Under the pieces are notes generated by a model. The model saw nothing but the letters and a program-made list of their open reading frames with translations. It did not search any database and was not told the DNA's origin. Source: Fistulifera solaris (lineage: Eukaryota). From it: a DNA stretch of 64,000 nt. Of the stretch, positions 35,546-47,152 are shown piece by piece. The DNA lies in the NCBI GenBank assembly GCA_030295235.1, contig AP026127.1:372001-436000 (forward strand), in the 5' to 3' direction. Both the position numbers and the translations under genes were made by a program. Position 1 is the first letter of the stretch, and every line of letters begins with the position of its first letter.

Positions 35546-37303
35546 ATGGTCAGGTGCAACGTACATTCACTCTCGGCTGTCATTATTTTGTTTCAAATGG
35601 CACTACTGATGGGATTGCGGAGGCAGCGACCCCTTCATGTGTCCGCATTTATCACAAAGATCAATCCTATGAGGAAAATACCCGTCACTTTTCGAAAGTT
35701 GCAAAGCCATCACAGACAGTTGAAAGCCGTCTCTTCCTTAGATGTTCCGTCGGAAATGAAACGCGCTTTTTGTCAAGATATATTGCCTTGTGTATCGAAT
35801 CATCAGAACAACATGACAATCGTTCTCTTGGCGGGTGTTAGTGGAGGTTGTGATTCCGTCGCTTTATTTCATGCTCTACAAGAGATTCGACAGAAAGACA
35901 ATTCGGTTAACATTCCGTGGAAATGGACTTTTGTGCACAATTCCAGTACCACCACTTTTCTGTTACACGCCATTCATTTCGATCATCAACAACGAGGAGA
36001 AAACAGTACTGCCGACCGAGAACTCGTCGAAGCATTGTGTCAGCAATATAATGTGCCTTGCACAACCATATTCTGGAATGACGAGCACCACGAAAGCTTT
36101 TCGCAAGAAAATGCCAGAAACTGGCGACGGAGTCATATGCGACAGCACTTGCAAGAACTCATATCGAAAGAAAATGCCACTGGTTTTATAGTCACTGCCC
36201 ATCATTTGGATGATTCAAATGAAACACTACTTCTCAAACTGCTTCGTGGCTCGCATCTGACCAAGTTAGCCGGAATGAACCCAATAGTAACCGATGAGGT
36301 GGATGGCAATTTGTATTGGGTCCGACCTCTGCTCTCGCTGAGTAAGAATCAACTGATGGCGTATCTGCAACAAAACAATTATGTCTGGCGAGAAGACGAA
36401 AGTAATGAAAAGGATATTTATCAGCGCAATCGCGTTCGTAATGAACTTATTCCGTTAATGAAGGACTTGATGGGTGGTGACGTTGCTTTTCAAAAGCGTC
36501 TCGATTCCATGGGAGCTCAGAGTCAAAAATTGAGGTCCGATTTGACCGCCCGAGTGGCTTTGTATTTCAAAGAAAATACTCGCCAAGATACAGCATGCCC
36601 CAGTCGGACAATCCTTTTCATTCCCAAAGACACGGATCGCTTGGATTTGGTGTTTGAAGAAGCATTATATGACTGGGTTTCGTGTCACGGAGTTGTTTCA
36701 AATTGCTGCTCCAATCACCAATTTACGTACGAGCAGCTTCAGCGGCTTTTTCGTCAATTAGCGGACTATTCACACAGGCGGAAATGGTCGTTGAATATTG
36801 GTGGAGGATGGGACGTTCAACGAGAAGGAGATGTATTACGCATTGTTGAGTCGAGCTTATCCACAGATAGTGTGGATAGAGGACATGCGACTCAATTGGT
36901 GGAAACCGCTTCAGCACTGCCGGAAGACTGGAAGAATGATTGTTATTACCTTCAAATACAAGTACCAAAAGAGAAAACCGCGAAACAAATCAATTTTGTC
37001 AGCACAACAAGCGCTTACGACGACAATCTCGTAATTACGCCACCTTGGCGTCGAGGGAGAAGTCCATTAGATCTGAAGGAGTTTCTAAGAGGCCAGAAGG
37101 TCGCTCTTCACAATCGAAAAGACGCCCCAGTGATATTGATGGTAAATGAATCCGAATGCTCTCCAACCCTTGTTGCAGTCTTTGTTGATTCAAAAGGAAA
37201 ATGGGTTTTAGATTACCAATTTTGCCCCAAGCCCTATTCTAATGATCGAGGAATAGACGAAAACCAGCGTTGGCTTTGTATTCCGAAGCAATTTCCACAC
37301 TAA
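35546..37303 (+). CDS. tilS: tRNA(Ile)-lysidine synthetase, nuclear-encoded, probably organelle-targeted
   Basis: PP-loop VSGGCDS, HFDHQQR, TAHHLDDSNETLL, RPLL, WREDESN...RNRVRNELIP. Confidence 0.92.
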   Translation: MVRCNVHSLSAVIILFQMALLMGLRRQRPLHVSAFITKINPMRKIPVTFRKLQSHHRQLKAVSSLDVPSEMKRAFCQDILPCVSNHQNNMTIVLLAGVSGGCDSVALFHALQEIRQKDNSVNIPWKWTFVHNSSTTTFLLHAIHFDHQQRGENSTADRELVEALCQQYNVPCTTIFWNDEHHESFSQENARNWRRSHMRQHLQELISKENATGFIVTAHHLDDSNETLLLKLLRGSHLTKLAGMNPIVTDEVDGNLYWVRPLLSLSKNQLMAYLQQNNYVWREDESNEKDIYQRNRVRNELIPLMKDLMGGDVAFQKRLDSMGAQSQKLRSDLTARVALYFKENTRQDTACPSRTILFIPKDTDRLDLVFEEALYDWVSCHGVVSNCCSNHQFTYEQLQRLFRQLADYSHRRKWSLNIGGGWDVQREGDVLRIVESSLSTDSVDRGHATQLVETASALPEDWKNDCYYLQIQVPKEKTAKQINFVSTTSAYDDNLVITPPWRRGRSPLDLKEFLRGQKVALHNRKDAPVILMVNESECSPTLVAVFVDSKGKWVLDYQFCPKPYSNDRGIDENQRWLCIPKQFPH

Positions 37304-37411
37304 TAGACTTGCATAATAAGAAGTTGTTTTTGTAATCCTAACGATTATCGGTCTGATCTACAGCACGTTTCATTAAGCAACTTGCAAGATCCGTTGAAAC
37401 GGTTCACCGTT

Positions 37412-39960
37412 CTATAATTCCATCGCATTTTTCGACAGAGTGTCAAACATGAAATCGTAAGCAAGAGCCGTCATGAAAGCCGATTGTTTTGCATCAGCGG
37501 CCCCTCCATGTCCGCCTTCAATATTTTCGTAGTAGTAGACCGGTAGCTTACCATTGCTTCCATCCATTAGCTTCTTCACAAATTTCCGTGCGTGAGCGGG
37601 ATGTACCCTATCATCGCGAGTACTTGTCGTGACTAGTATAGGCGGGTACTCTGTTCCTTCTTTGATATCTGCAACACATCATTAATGTCAGTTTTCATAA
37701 AGCATCACGCCGGCCACAAGAAGATGGGACTTACTGTGATAAGGAGAATACTTCTGTAAGAACTCCCAGTCGTCCGTATCAGGATTGCCATACTCAGCCA
37801 TCCAGCTTGCCCCAGCTAAGAGAGTGTGAAATCGTTTCATGTCCCTGATGCAATGGAAAAGAAGAATGGTGAGTATCGATCCGCTAATGCGGACCCTAGC
37901 AATGACAAAAAACTTACAGTAAGGGTACAGCGCAATGAATGGCGCCAAACAAATCAGGGCGCATGGTGTACATGTTGCCCACCAATAGTCCACCCTGCAA
38001 AAAATCAACCGTGGTTAGGATTGTGAAATCGGTACAGAGGGTCTTTGAGCTTACCGCAACTTACATTAGAGCCACCCCGAACTGCAAGTGTCTTCGGACT
38101 ACAAACCTTCGTTTCAATTAGATGCTCTCCCACTGCAATAAAGTCTTCATAGCATTTGTTGCGGTTTGCTTTGAGACCGGCTTGATGCCAGGACGGACCG
38201 AACTCACCGCCACCACGAATGTTGGCTTCCACATAAACACCACCCCGCTCCAACCAAGCCACACCCTGTGTCGCAACATAGTGAGGACCCAGAGAGACTT
38301 CAAAACCACCGTAACCGTACAGTAAAGTTGGATTTTTCCCGTTTAGAACGGTATCCTCCTTTCGAACAATGAAGTACGGAATTTGTGTACCATCTTTACT
38401 AGTTGCCGTACATTGAGAAACAACTAGACCCGAGGCGTCAAATTGTGGTGGCAAAGATTTGACATGTTCGACAATAAACGCATCCGACTCGCCGTTTGTT
38501 GTTTCCATTCTAGAAGCGTCCGCCAGGAAAAGAGTACTAGGCGTGACAAAGTCGCTCGTGGTAAACCAAAATTCATCGCTACCCGAATACGGATCGATCG
38601 GACGAATTCCAACGTCCCGGATCTGCGCCTCTTGGGAGCCGCCTTCTATCAATGTCAACCGACTGCCACCATCCTCGATTTTGTAGAACTGAAGCCTTGA
38701 TTTCACGTTGTCCATTGTGGATAAAATGAGATAATTTTTGGTTACCGAGTAGTACTCATAGGCGGTGCGTTCGGTGGGCTCAAACAAGATTTTGTACTCG
38801 CACCCTGTTCGCCCTTTTTGAAGGAATGTTTCCGCATCCGTGTAGATGACAGATCCCTTCTTGTACACCGGTCCGCCTACAACAGGCTCCCAGTCAGAAC
38901 GAAGCGTAATTACCAAAAGCTTTCCTAAAAACGAAATGTTGGCATCATCCTGAACGTCCAGTTCCACAAAATCCGGCGGATCCGACACATACGGTCCACG
39001 TTCGTCGGGCGCCAGTAGATGCTCAAATTGCACGGAGCGTACAAAATATTTGGATGTATAGAACGTCATGGCGCGCGAGTACACTTCGTAGATGCCACCT
39101 CCCCAAATTCGTTCGTCACTAATGAAAGCCGAAACCGAAACGTCCGTCGTTTCACCTTCAAACACCACCTTGGCATCGGTGAGGAGGTCCGTGCCACGCA
39201 CCCATTCACGGACCGTTCGGGGATACCCACTGTCGGTTAACGAATCGGGACCTGTATCGGTACCTACTAGTAGTACATTGCGACTCTTGTAGCTCACACG
39301 CGACTTTGCTTCCGGCAATTGGAAGGGTTGGTCGGTCACAAAGTCGTTGGTGGTCAAATCGAATTCTTTCACATGCGTAGCATCCGATCCTCCGCGGCTC
39401 AGAACAATCAAAGCGCGAGTGACACGATCTTTGGAGTACACGGGATCTCTGGATCGAGGCAATGGCCGACTGCCGCCCCACACCCAACTAATTCCATCTT
39501 TCTCCGCCAAGGCATCGACATCCAAAACGGTAGTCCATTCGATATCGGACGTTTTCTTGTACGAAGACAAAGTCGTGTACCGCCATAATCCCTTGGGATT
39601 CTTGGCGTCTTTCCAAAAGTTGAACAAAATGGGTTCTCCGTCGTCATTGACGCCAAAGTGAGTCACGTGGGGAATGCGATCGTCGGATTCGAGAATTTGG
39701 AGGACACGCGCGTAAGTGCCTTTCTCTTCGGGGTTCCCCAAAGCCGCCAAGCAAGCGGCATTCGCGGATCGCGCGAAATCGAGTGATTGCTCCGACTCGA
39801 CTTCCTCCAACCAAATGTAAGGGTCTTCCGCTGTAGATACAGTAGTAGTAGACATGCTGCGAAATAATGGAGAAAGGAAGGGGCGATGACGGGCAAGGAA
39901 CGAGACCGACGGACGACTGAGTAAGGATAAGCTGAGTACCAGGCGCGAGAAGATTAGCAT
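37412..39960 (-). CDS. Prolyl oligopeptidase (S9A) with N-terminal targeting sequence; three 3' introns
   Basis: DPYIWLE, LLYGYGGF, NIRGGGEFG, GGSN|GG (catalytic Ser across intron 37995-38064), STRDDRVHP, EGGHGG; stop at 37412. Confidence 0.93.
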
Positions 39961-40207
39961 GGGTAAGGTATTCACGCAGCCTTGGTTCTTTAAGTGATAA
40001 GGAACCAAATGGACTTGCCAGTAAATAGATTGGGATGAAAAGCGATGATGCGAAAAAAAAGATCGCAGAAAGCATCGGATTGCCCGCGAAAATAAGGAAC
40101 GCATTCTTCACAAAGTACCTCTAGTGGCTCATTCGGTATCATTCACCTAAATAAGGAATAAGCTATACGTACAAGTAGTATCAAAAGATGAATGGTATAG
40201 AACAGAA

Positions 40208-40295
40208 CGAAATAAGGCAGTGGTGTAAAATTATGACTACAAGTGTTACATCTACCACGGAGGCTTCCCCGTCTGTACTACACTCGGTTATTTCG
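40208..40295 (-). repeat. 3' LTR (88 bp; termini CGAAATAA...TTATTTCG)
   Basis: Exact direct repeat of 46926-47013. Confidence 0.93.
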
Positions 40296-40305
40296 GTCCC
40301 CTCAC
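40296..40305 (-). other. Putative polypurine tract
   Basis: Minus strand GTGAGGGGAC immediately before the 3' LTR. Confidence 0.6.
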
Positions 40306-40596
40306 GATGAGACCCGAGCTAGGGCTTCAACGTGTCCTTCATAACCGATAAACCCTTATTTCATGGAAAAACAACATAAAAACCATGACGATTCATTCAT
40401 CGAATCCATCCTTCATCATGTGGAAAATACATCAAAACCACACATCGACTTGTCCGTGGAAAATACGTCAAAACCACGTATCAAACTTGAAACTTCAATC
40501 ACTGTACCTGGACGAAAAACTTATCCCCAGGAGGCTCATCCCATCGGAATAGTAAACATAACTACCCAACCAGTGCATCGGGACCTATCGCCTGCA

Positions 40597-43500
40597 TCAC
40601 TGATGTAAAATACGCTTCACCAGTGGATCTCGTACATTCCCAGCTTGAATCTTCGTCAGAATATCTGCCAAATTCGTCTTCGTAGGCTCGTAGGATACAT
40701 CAACAATACCCATCGCAACTCGCTCACGTACATAGTGATATGCCACCGAATTGGACTTCTTCTTCAGAACTGATTCAGGAATACTCGAGTTCTTGATCAC
40801 CGACATATTGTCACCTTTGACAACCGCAGGATCTTCTACCGGCACACCCATCATCTGTAGTTTGTACCGTAGACCTTCGATTAACTCGACCGCCGTTTTC
40901 ATAGCACTAAACTCAGCACCAAATGTCGACGTCTCAATCAAGTTTGCTTCTTGCTGTACCATACTGTCAATGACCTGTTCAAATAGACCAAGACACCTGT
41001 ACGGAACGACGAGTAACATGGTCACCCGCCAAGTCAGCATCAACGAAACACGTTATTTGCACAGGCTTACCCAATGGCTTTGGACAATCCGTTGGAATCA
41101 TAGGCTTAGCATCTCGGTAAAAGTCATTCCAATCAGGTCTAGGTTGTCTGGCGTGCTCGACATACGAAGGATCGAACACAATCTTAGACCTTTCGTGTGA
41201 CCTCAAATATGCAAAGACATGCACAACCGCAGCTAGATGGCCTTTCCTTGGCATCGCACTGTGAGACGCAAGCATCGAAACTTCACCACAAATATCAACT
41301 CTTCCAAGCTCGACCATCCAGCGTAAAACCCCTATCTGCGAGTGATAAAACTGGATTTCGTCGTCATCGCACTCCGGCGATATGTCAAGCTCCTCGGACG
41401 GTACTTCGGTGGTAAAACACTTGACGCCTTCTTCGGTAAAGCCTCATCTCGCTTTTCCAACCAAAGACAAACGTTTCGTATTGCTTCCTTCACATATTCA
41501 TTCGAACTCATCGACCAACAAGGCTTTTCATCACCCGGGAATTGATGCTGACCAATCGTCGAACCCAAGTAGCGAGTTGGCTTGCCTATCGAACCTTCTT
41601 TCAGAAGAAAGTGTTGATCAAGCTTGTATAGAATAGCTTCCGGCGCCACAGAAACACACAGGATGTCATCCGTATAGACCAATACCAACTCGTAGTAACT
41701 AGTCCCATCCGCTTTCTGTGCCGGCCGTATCCATACATCGTTATCCCATTTCGACAAGGTGTAAAACTCAACGACTCATGCAAACACTCACTCAGATATG
41801 ACCTCCACGCAGCTCCAGAACTCTTCAGTCCGTGAAGAGCTTTCACGATTTTCGACCTTTGAACTGTGGACCAAATTCGGCACCGCAAATAATAAAGATT
41901 CGCTCTCGAACTGGTGCATTCAAGTACGCATTTCCAATATCTGCCGCCATAATGTCCAAATCGTTCAATGCCGCGAAGTAGGAAGGCAATCCGCACGCTT
42001 TCTCTCGATTCAACACTAGCATAGGTAATCGAGCTCGGCGGATCCGTCATGTGTCCCCCCTGCTACGAGGGCGGGCCTTCCGTGTGAAATCTGGTTTTAT
42101 ATCAAAAACCATGTGAACCCCAATCTTGGTAAAACCAGCAGGATCGGGAGCGTCTTCGTCAAGGATCTGAAACGCCTTAGCTACCGCGACGCATCTCTTC
42201 GCGAATCGCCGCCCCAAAAGTCAGTTCCCGTGAGCGATCAATCGCCAATGCTTCTTCGACTGTCTTTGGCAATGCGATCCCATATTTCTGAGTAACACGA
42301 AAGTAGCGCTTAGCCATCGCTTTGATGATCCTGGTCCTTCTCTTGAGCGTGTAGGGAACCCACCATGAGAAAGCAGGCTCCTCAGCAATCTGTCTCGCAA
42401 CAGCAAATTCAGCTAACTGTAAAGGGTGAGACTGCTTTAGGTCTTTCAGTTTCTCCCAAGTAGTAGTGCCATCATTCCATAGACAACACAGCTTCCATCC
42501 CTTGGTAGTCCGCTTAGGATACTTTCGGTTGTTGTGGATCACGAATGCCTCTTCATGCCGGAACCGCGTCGACTCTTTCTTGTAGTCCACTATTTCCTTT
42601 AGGACATAACTCGCACGCCCATGGTCATCCACTTCGGCATAGATGGCTTCAGCGATCTGATTCGCATGATAAGCCTCCACTTCACCCGTATCAAATTCAA
42701 TCTCATACAGAGCGGTATCGAGCAAAGGGTTAGGATGGTACCGGCCAATAGGATTCCCGTCTTGATCGTGCTTCCGACCTTTAACCGCATCGTACGACAT
42801 CGAAAGTCCCCTTGCGGAAGCATTACCCTTGCTGAGACATATTGATTGTATGAATCGTAATCAAACTCATCAGCTTCCTTTATCTCGGGAACTTCGGGAT
42901 CTTGCGACCGGTCGGAACATAGTATTCCAACTCTGGGGTGCGCTCGTCTTCCGGTATCTCGGTCGGATCCAAGGGCATGGCTCGGTCCTTCAGCTTTTGC
43001 TCCAACGTCATGCGTGAACTTTGCCTTCAACTCAGCAACGGCTTGGCTATTCTGTTCCTCAACTGACAAAGGGAAAACACTTGTACGGGAAATCGGTCGA
43101 CCAGAAGCGGGTAGGATCCTAGCACATAGGACATCACCGACATCGAAACTGGGACCAAGGTATCTTCCAAGATGCTTCCTTTCCATATTTTCGTCTTGAG
43201 GCGAGATAAACCAAACCCAATCATACCAACCGAACTCACAAATGTGTGAAATATCAGCGGTGTCCCCTGTCAAAAGCGTCATGCGGCACTTCACCATCTA
43301 ACTGTCTTATGGAAAGACAAGAGTGGCTCCGAACATACGCGTGGTAGACCAAACATAGGTCCCATAGACAACGTGGGGAATTCGTGCGAATCATAGCACG
43401 CCCTATACATCCTTTTCAATTCACGAATGCCGTCTTCAGCGAGGGTTGGCGTTAGCGGTGTGCTTCGATCGGCCTAATGGTCGCTTGCACTCGCTATGCC

Positions 43501-46042
43501 TCTTCGCTTAAACTCTCCTGCTGTCAACTCTCCGGCATTGTCCGGAATTAAAGTGTTAGGGACTCCGACGCTGACGAAACAAGTTGTCAAGCGTGTAATG
43601 GGCATCGCTTTTCTTTTCAATCGGGTCCACACATATCCAGTGAAAGGGGGTGCAATACACAGCCGCATATTTGTTACCCAGCAGTGAGACACATGTACCG
43701 ACCAGAATGTCGCAGTACATCTCCGTATTAAGCCGAGGATAACGCAGCTGGTACGCCAAATGGTTTGAGACGGCGCGTTCCAGAGACTGTCGAGAAGTCC
43801 CGAATTGCCCGTTCGCTGGAATCATCCCTATACTCCATCGTTTTGCCAAATCTTCGGGTGTGACATATGCTTTCCGGTTCTTCGTTGAGATTGCGGCACT
43901 TGTAAGCGAAGCAGCATACGAATCGATGTCAAAAGCTGCCGAACCGCGCTCAGCTGAAATCACAGCAATCGAACGAGCTGGCGGGACAAGCGTGCGCTCA
44001 CTCGTAACCGAACCAAGCATCCTCTGTCCCCCCTAAAACGAAGCTCAGAGTCAAGGGAAACACGCAATGAGTCCTCATCATGCTGGCGTGGTTAGAATCC
44101 ATAGGATCCCAGAACGACTTCGGAGGTGACGTTTACATGGATGCAGTCAACGTCCGAGCTCAGTTCTTTGTCGGTCGGTCGGCGAAAGTGGGGAAATATG
44201 AAATAGTCCCCATCAGTTTCAAAGGAATCTGGAGAGCTGGCTCAGAAAACAAAATAGAATGGCTCTCCGGGCGACGCGTTGTTCCGGGAGGTAGGTGTAG
44301 GAGAGGAGTTTCATTCACAACGACTTGGTTGTGCCGGGGTTGAGCGGGGCTGATCAAGTGTCGATGCATGTTTGAAAAGTAGAGTGACTGGTGAAAGAAC
44401 AAAACGTGGGTTTGCAGCGTCGTGGGGCAATCGTATGCAACCGCAACTGTACCAATGGGAACTTTGGTCACTTTCCCAAGAGAACTAATGAATGGTTCCA
44501 CCGAAACTGTTTCACGGGTATCATACACGAGAACCGCGTCTTTACCGAACGAGCAAGTATCACAGTGCGAGTCCAATTCAGCTCTACCAGGAGTCTGTTG
44601 TCGCATTGCCGCCGCGAACTCGCTGCACCGCCAGTCAAGGTCGTCGACTCATGCGGTTACCTGTCGACTCAACCACATCGTCACTATCGGAGTCAGCCGT
44701 CTCAACAGCTGAAGCATTTCGCGTTTCGGACTTAGCCCTTTCACGAGCATTGCGAACTTCTTCCTGTTTCTCTTTCGGTAACTTGATCCACTCCTTCCAT
44801 TTGTAGTACGGGACACCATCTTTGCCTCTCTTTGCTTTTCCGCCCTTTCCTTTACCAGATTTGCCGCCACCTTTCTTGTTGTTACCGCCGCCAGAATTTC
44901 TGGTAACCGAAGAAATGTTGCGAGTGGAACCACGGGTCTTTGCTGCATCTTGCTTCTTTCTATCAACCTGCTCAGCCAAGTAGTTCATCGCGCTCGAAGG
45001 TACTTTCCAACACAGCATCAGCCCGGACGCGCTCGACGCTCATCTTTAGTTCATCTGCCCAGATGTTGTCTAGAAAGATTCGCACCTTCCTATCTTCAGT
45101 CATCACCTCACCCGCCTCTTCCAAGTCCAAGAAAGCCAAGTTAAGCTTCTGACAGTAGTCTTCAAAGGTAAAGTTACGCCTTTCCATCATAGAAGACTGT
45201 CGAAAGGACTCGGTCAGCATGAGCAATGTTGCGCTTCTGATAAGAACGCCCCATATAGTGAGTCTTCAAGGCAAAATAAGCGGCGTCCATCTTTGCTGTA
45301 AGCAAAAGGCTTAACCCAATTCCAAGCTGGTCCACCGTGTGAAACCTGACGAATAACGCTCCACAGCATCATATTGTCTTCTTCATACTGGTCTCCATCA
45401 TGGCGAAAGTCGACGAACAAGTTCCGACATAGCATCAGGGACACCGAAACCTGGATCATCAACCCCTTCGATTCCATCGGGATCGACATGCTCCCGCACA
45501 AGGTACGACAAAGGCGCACCATAAGCTCCAAGGTGATTGCCAAGTACCTCGTCGATGTCTTCAATCGTCTTCCGAGCGTTTTCCACCTTCAACAACACAT
45601 CGATCTTAGGAAGATCTTTGTTGGTCTCACGCATGCGACGAATGCGCCACGCGAAAGTCCAAGCGCTGCTCCAATCGAGCAAGAGTTGCAAAGCCAGGAA
45701 CAAACTCGCTGCAAGCGGTGCAAGTGGAAAAGGAAGTAGCGAAGCTGACGAACACGGAGCTCAAGATTGACTCCGATCGCAATACCACGGTTCGGAATCA
45801 TCGCAGGTACCATCGGTGCAGCCTCCGCTCCAACCGCAGGAGGGACAAAGGCTGGGTTTGGAATCAAACCCCCAGGGTTTCGAATCTTCGTAAAGATCTC
45901 CTGAACGTACTTATCACTCCGGTGCGTCAAGTCGTCAAACGCTGGTAATGCCTTGGCCATTGATGGCCTGACGAGCTGCCGCATCCTCAATAAAGAGGAC
46001 ATCACGGAGGTAGTTGTTGAATGCAGCAAGATTGGCTGCCAT
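40597..46042 (-). pseudogene. gag-pol polyprotein, heavily frameshifted in this consensus
   Basis: Starts MAANLAAFNNYLRDVL at 46042, ends ...VKRILHQ* at 40597; fragments spread over many minus-strand ORFs. Confidence 0.88.
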
Positions 46043-46910
46043 CGTAAACAAGGAGAAAGGAGAGAAAGTTCACAAATCGGAATGCTAGGAGATAAAAACG
46101 TAAACGACGTTTTCTTTTCTTTTTGTGTGCGAAACTGCATCGTCGCTAAAACGTTTGCACGAAATTCCGACCCCTTTACTCTCCCCTTCGAGAGTGTTGT
46201 TTACTGTAGGGAACTCCAGTGTAAAGCGCCAAAAGTGCCCTTATGTACGTAAGGCCATTGTACACACTAGGCCCTACAGAACAATCGTCCACACCCTCAT
46301 TTAGCTCTGAATCCGTTCATAGTCAAAAAGACAGATCGGCCTAAACAGTATAGAACACGACCTCGGACAGGCCAAAATACACGCACAACACGATTTCACT
46401 TGCGCAACTTCTCGCGAAATCCGACGATGTTGTGCTTTGACCGCCTCTGGAGGAAAAACATCCCTCCACCATGAGGACTTCGCAACAATCGGGTGAATAA
46501 TTCACTCATTTATGTATTCTAGCATTAAAGGTGTATTAGCATGTATACGAGGCGTCCCCCATATTTTACCGACAAGTGACATAATCACTGTGGTCCGATG
46601 CATCCATCGACAGAGCCAGAACTGTCAATAAAGGAAAGCAACGGTGCTTCATAAGCGCTAATTACCTCACAAACCCAGCCATCTAATCAAGACATATGAT
46701 TAACATGATGACTCCATGGGGTCGACCTTTACATAAGGTCATGATCTCACATTTTCATGTGGACAATTGTCGACTTCCGACAACGCCGAGATCATCTCCT
46801 TGACCACTCAAGCCCAACAGTTAGTAACACATACATAAGGAACATTACTCTTACGATATTACCATTGTTTTCCTGTGTATTTCATCGTTTCAGAGGGATT
46901 CATCGCGAAA

Positions 46911-46925
46911 CCCCGGTTTTTAACC
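46911..46925 (-). other. Putative primer-binding site GGTTAAAAACCGGGG (half-tRNA-Lys(UUU) type)
   Basis: Directly follows the 5' LTR; its complement reads GG-UUUUUAA-CC, the geometry of an anticodon loop. Confidence 0.55.
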
Positions 46926-47013
46926 CGAAATAAGGCAGTGGTGTAAAATTATGACTACAAGTGTTACATCTACCACGGAGGCTTCCCCGTCTGTACTACA
47001 CTCGGTTATTTCG
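46926..47013 (-). repeat. 5' LTR (88 bp)
   Basis: Exact direct repeat of 40208-40295. Confidence 0.93.
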
Positions 47014-47152
47014 AGAAAGTATCGTCCGGTACTACAAATGGCTATGTACCCGAAAGGATAAAAATGCTGCAGATTATGAAGATTTTGATGCACTCTCGAA
47101 AGTCTATGCAGTAGTTACCAGTATTGATTAGATGAACACAAATGATTCCAGC

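Larger units (their letters stand above)
40208..47013 (-). mobile_element. Full-length Ty1/copia LTR retrotransposon, diatom CoDi-like
   Basis: Identical 88-bp LTRs; AGAA on both flanks; domain order gag-PR(ELDSHCDT)-IN(IPDNAGE)-RT(KALHGLKSSGAAW, VYTDD)-RH(FVDAD, STFGAEF, NLADILTK). Confidence 0.95.
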
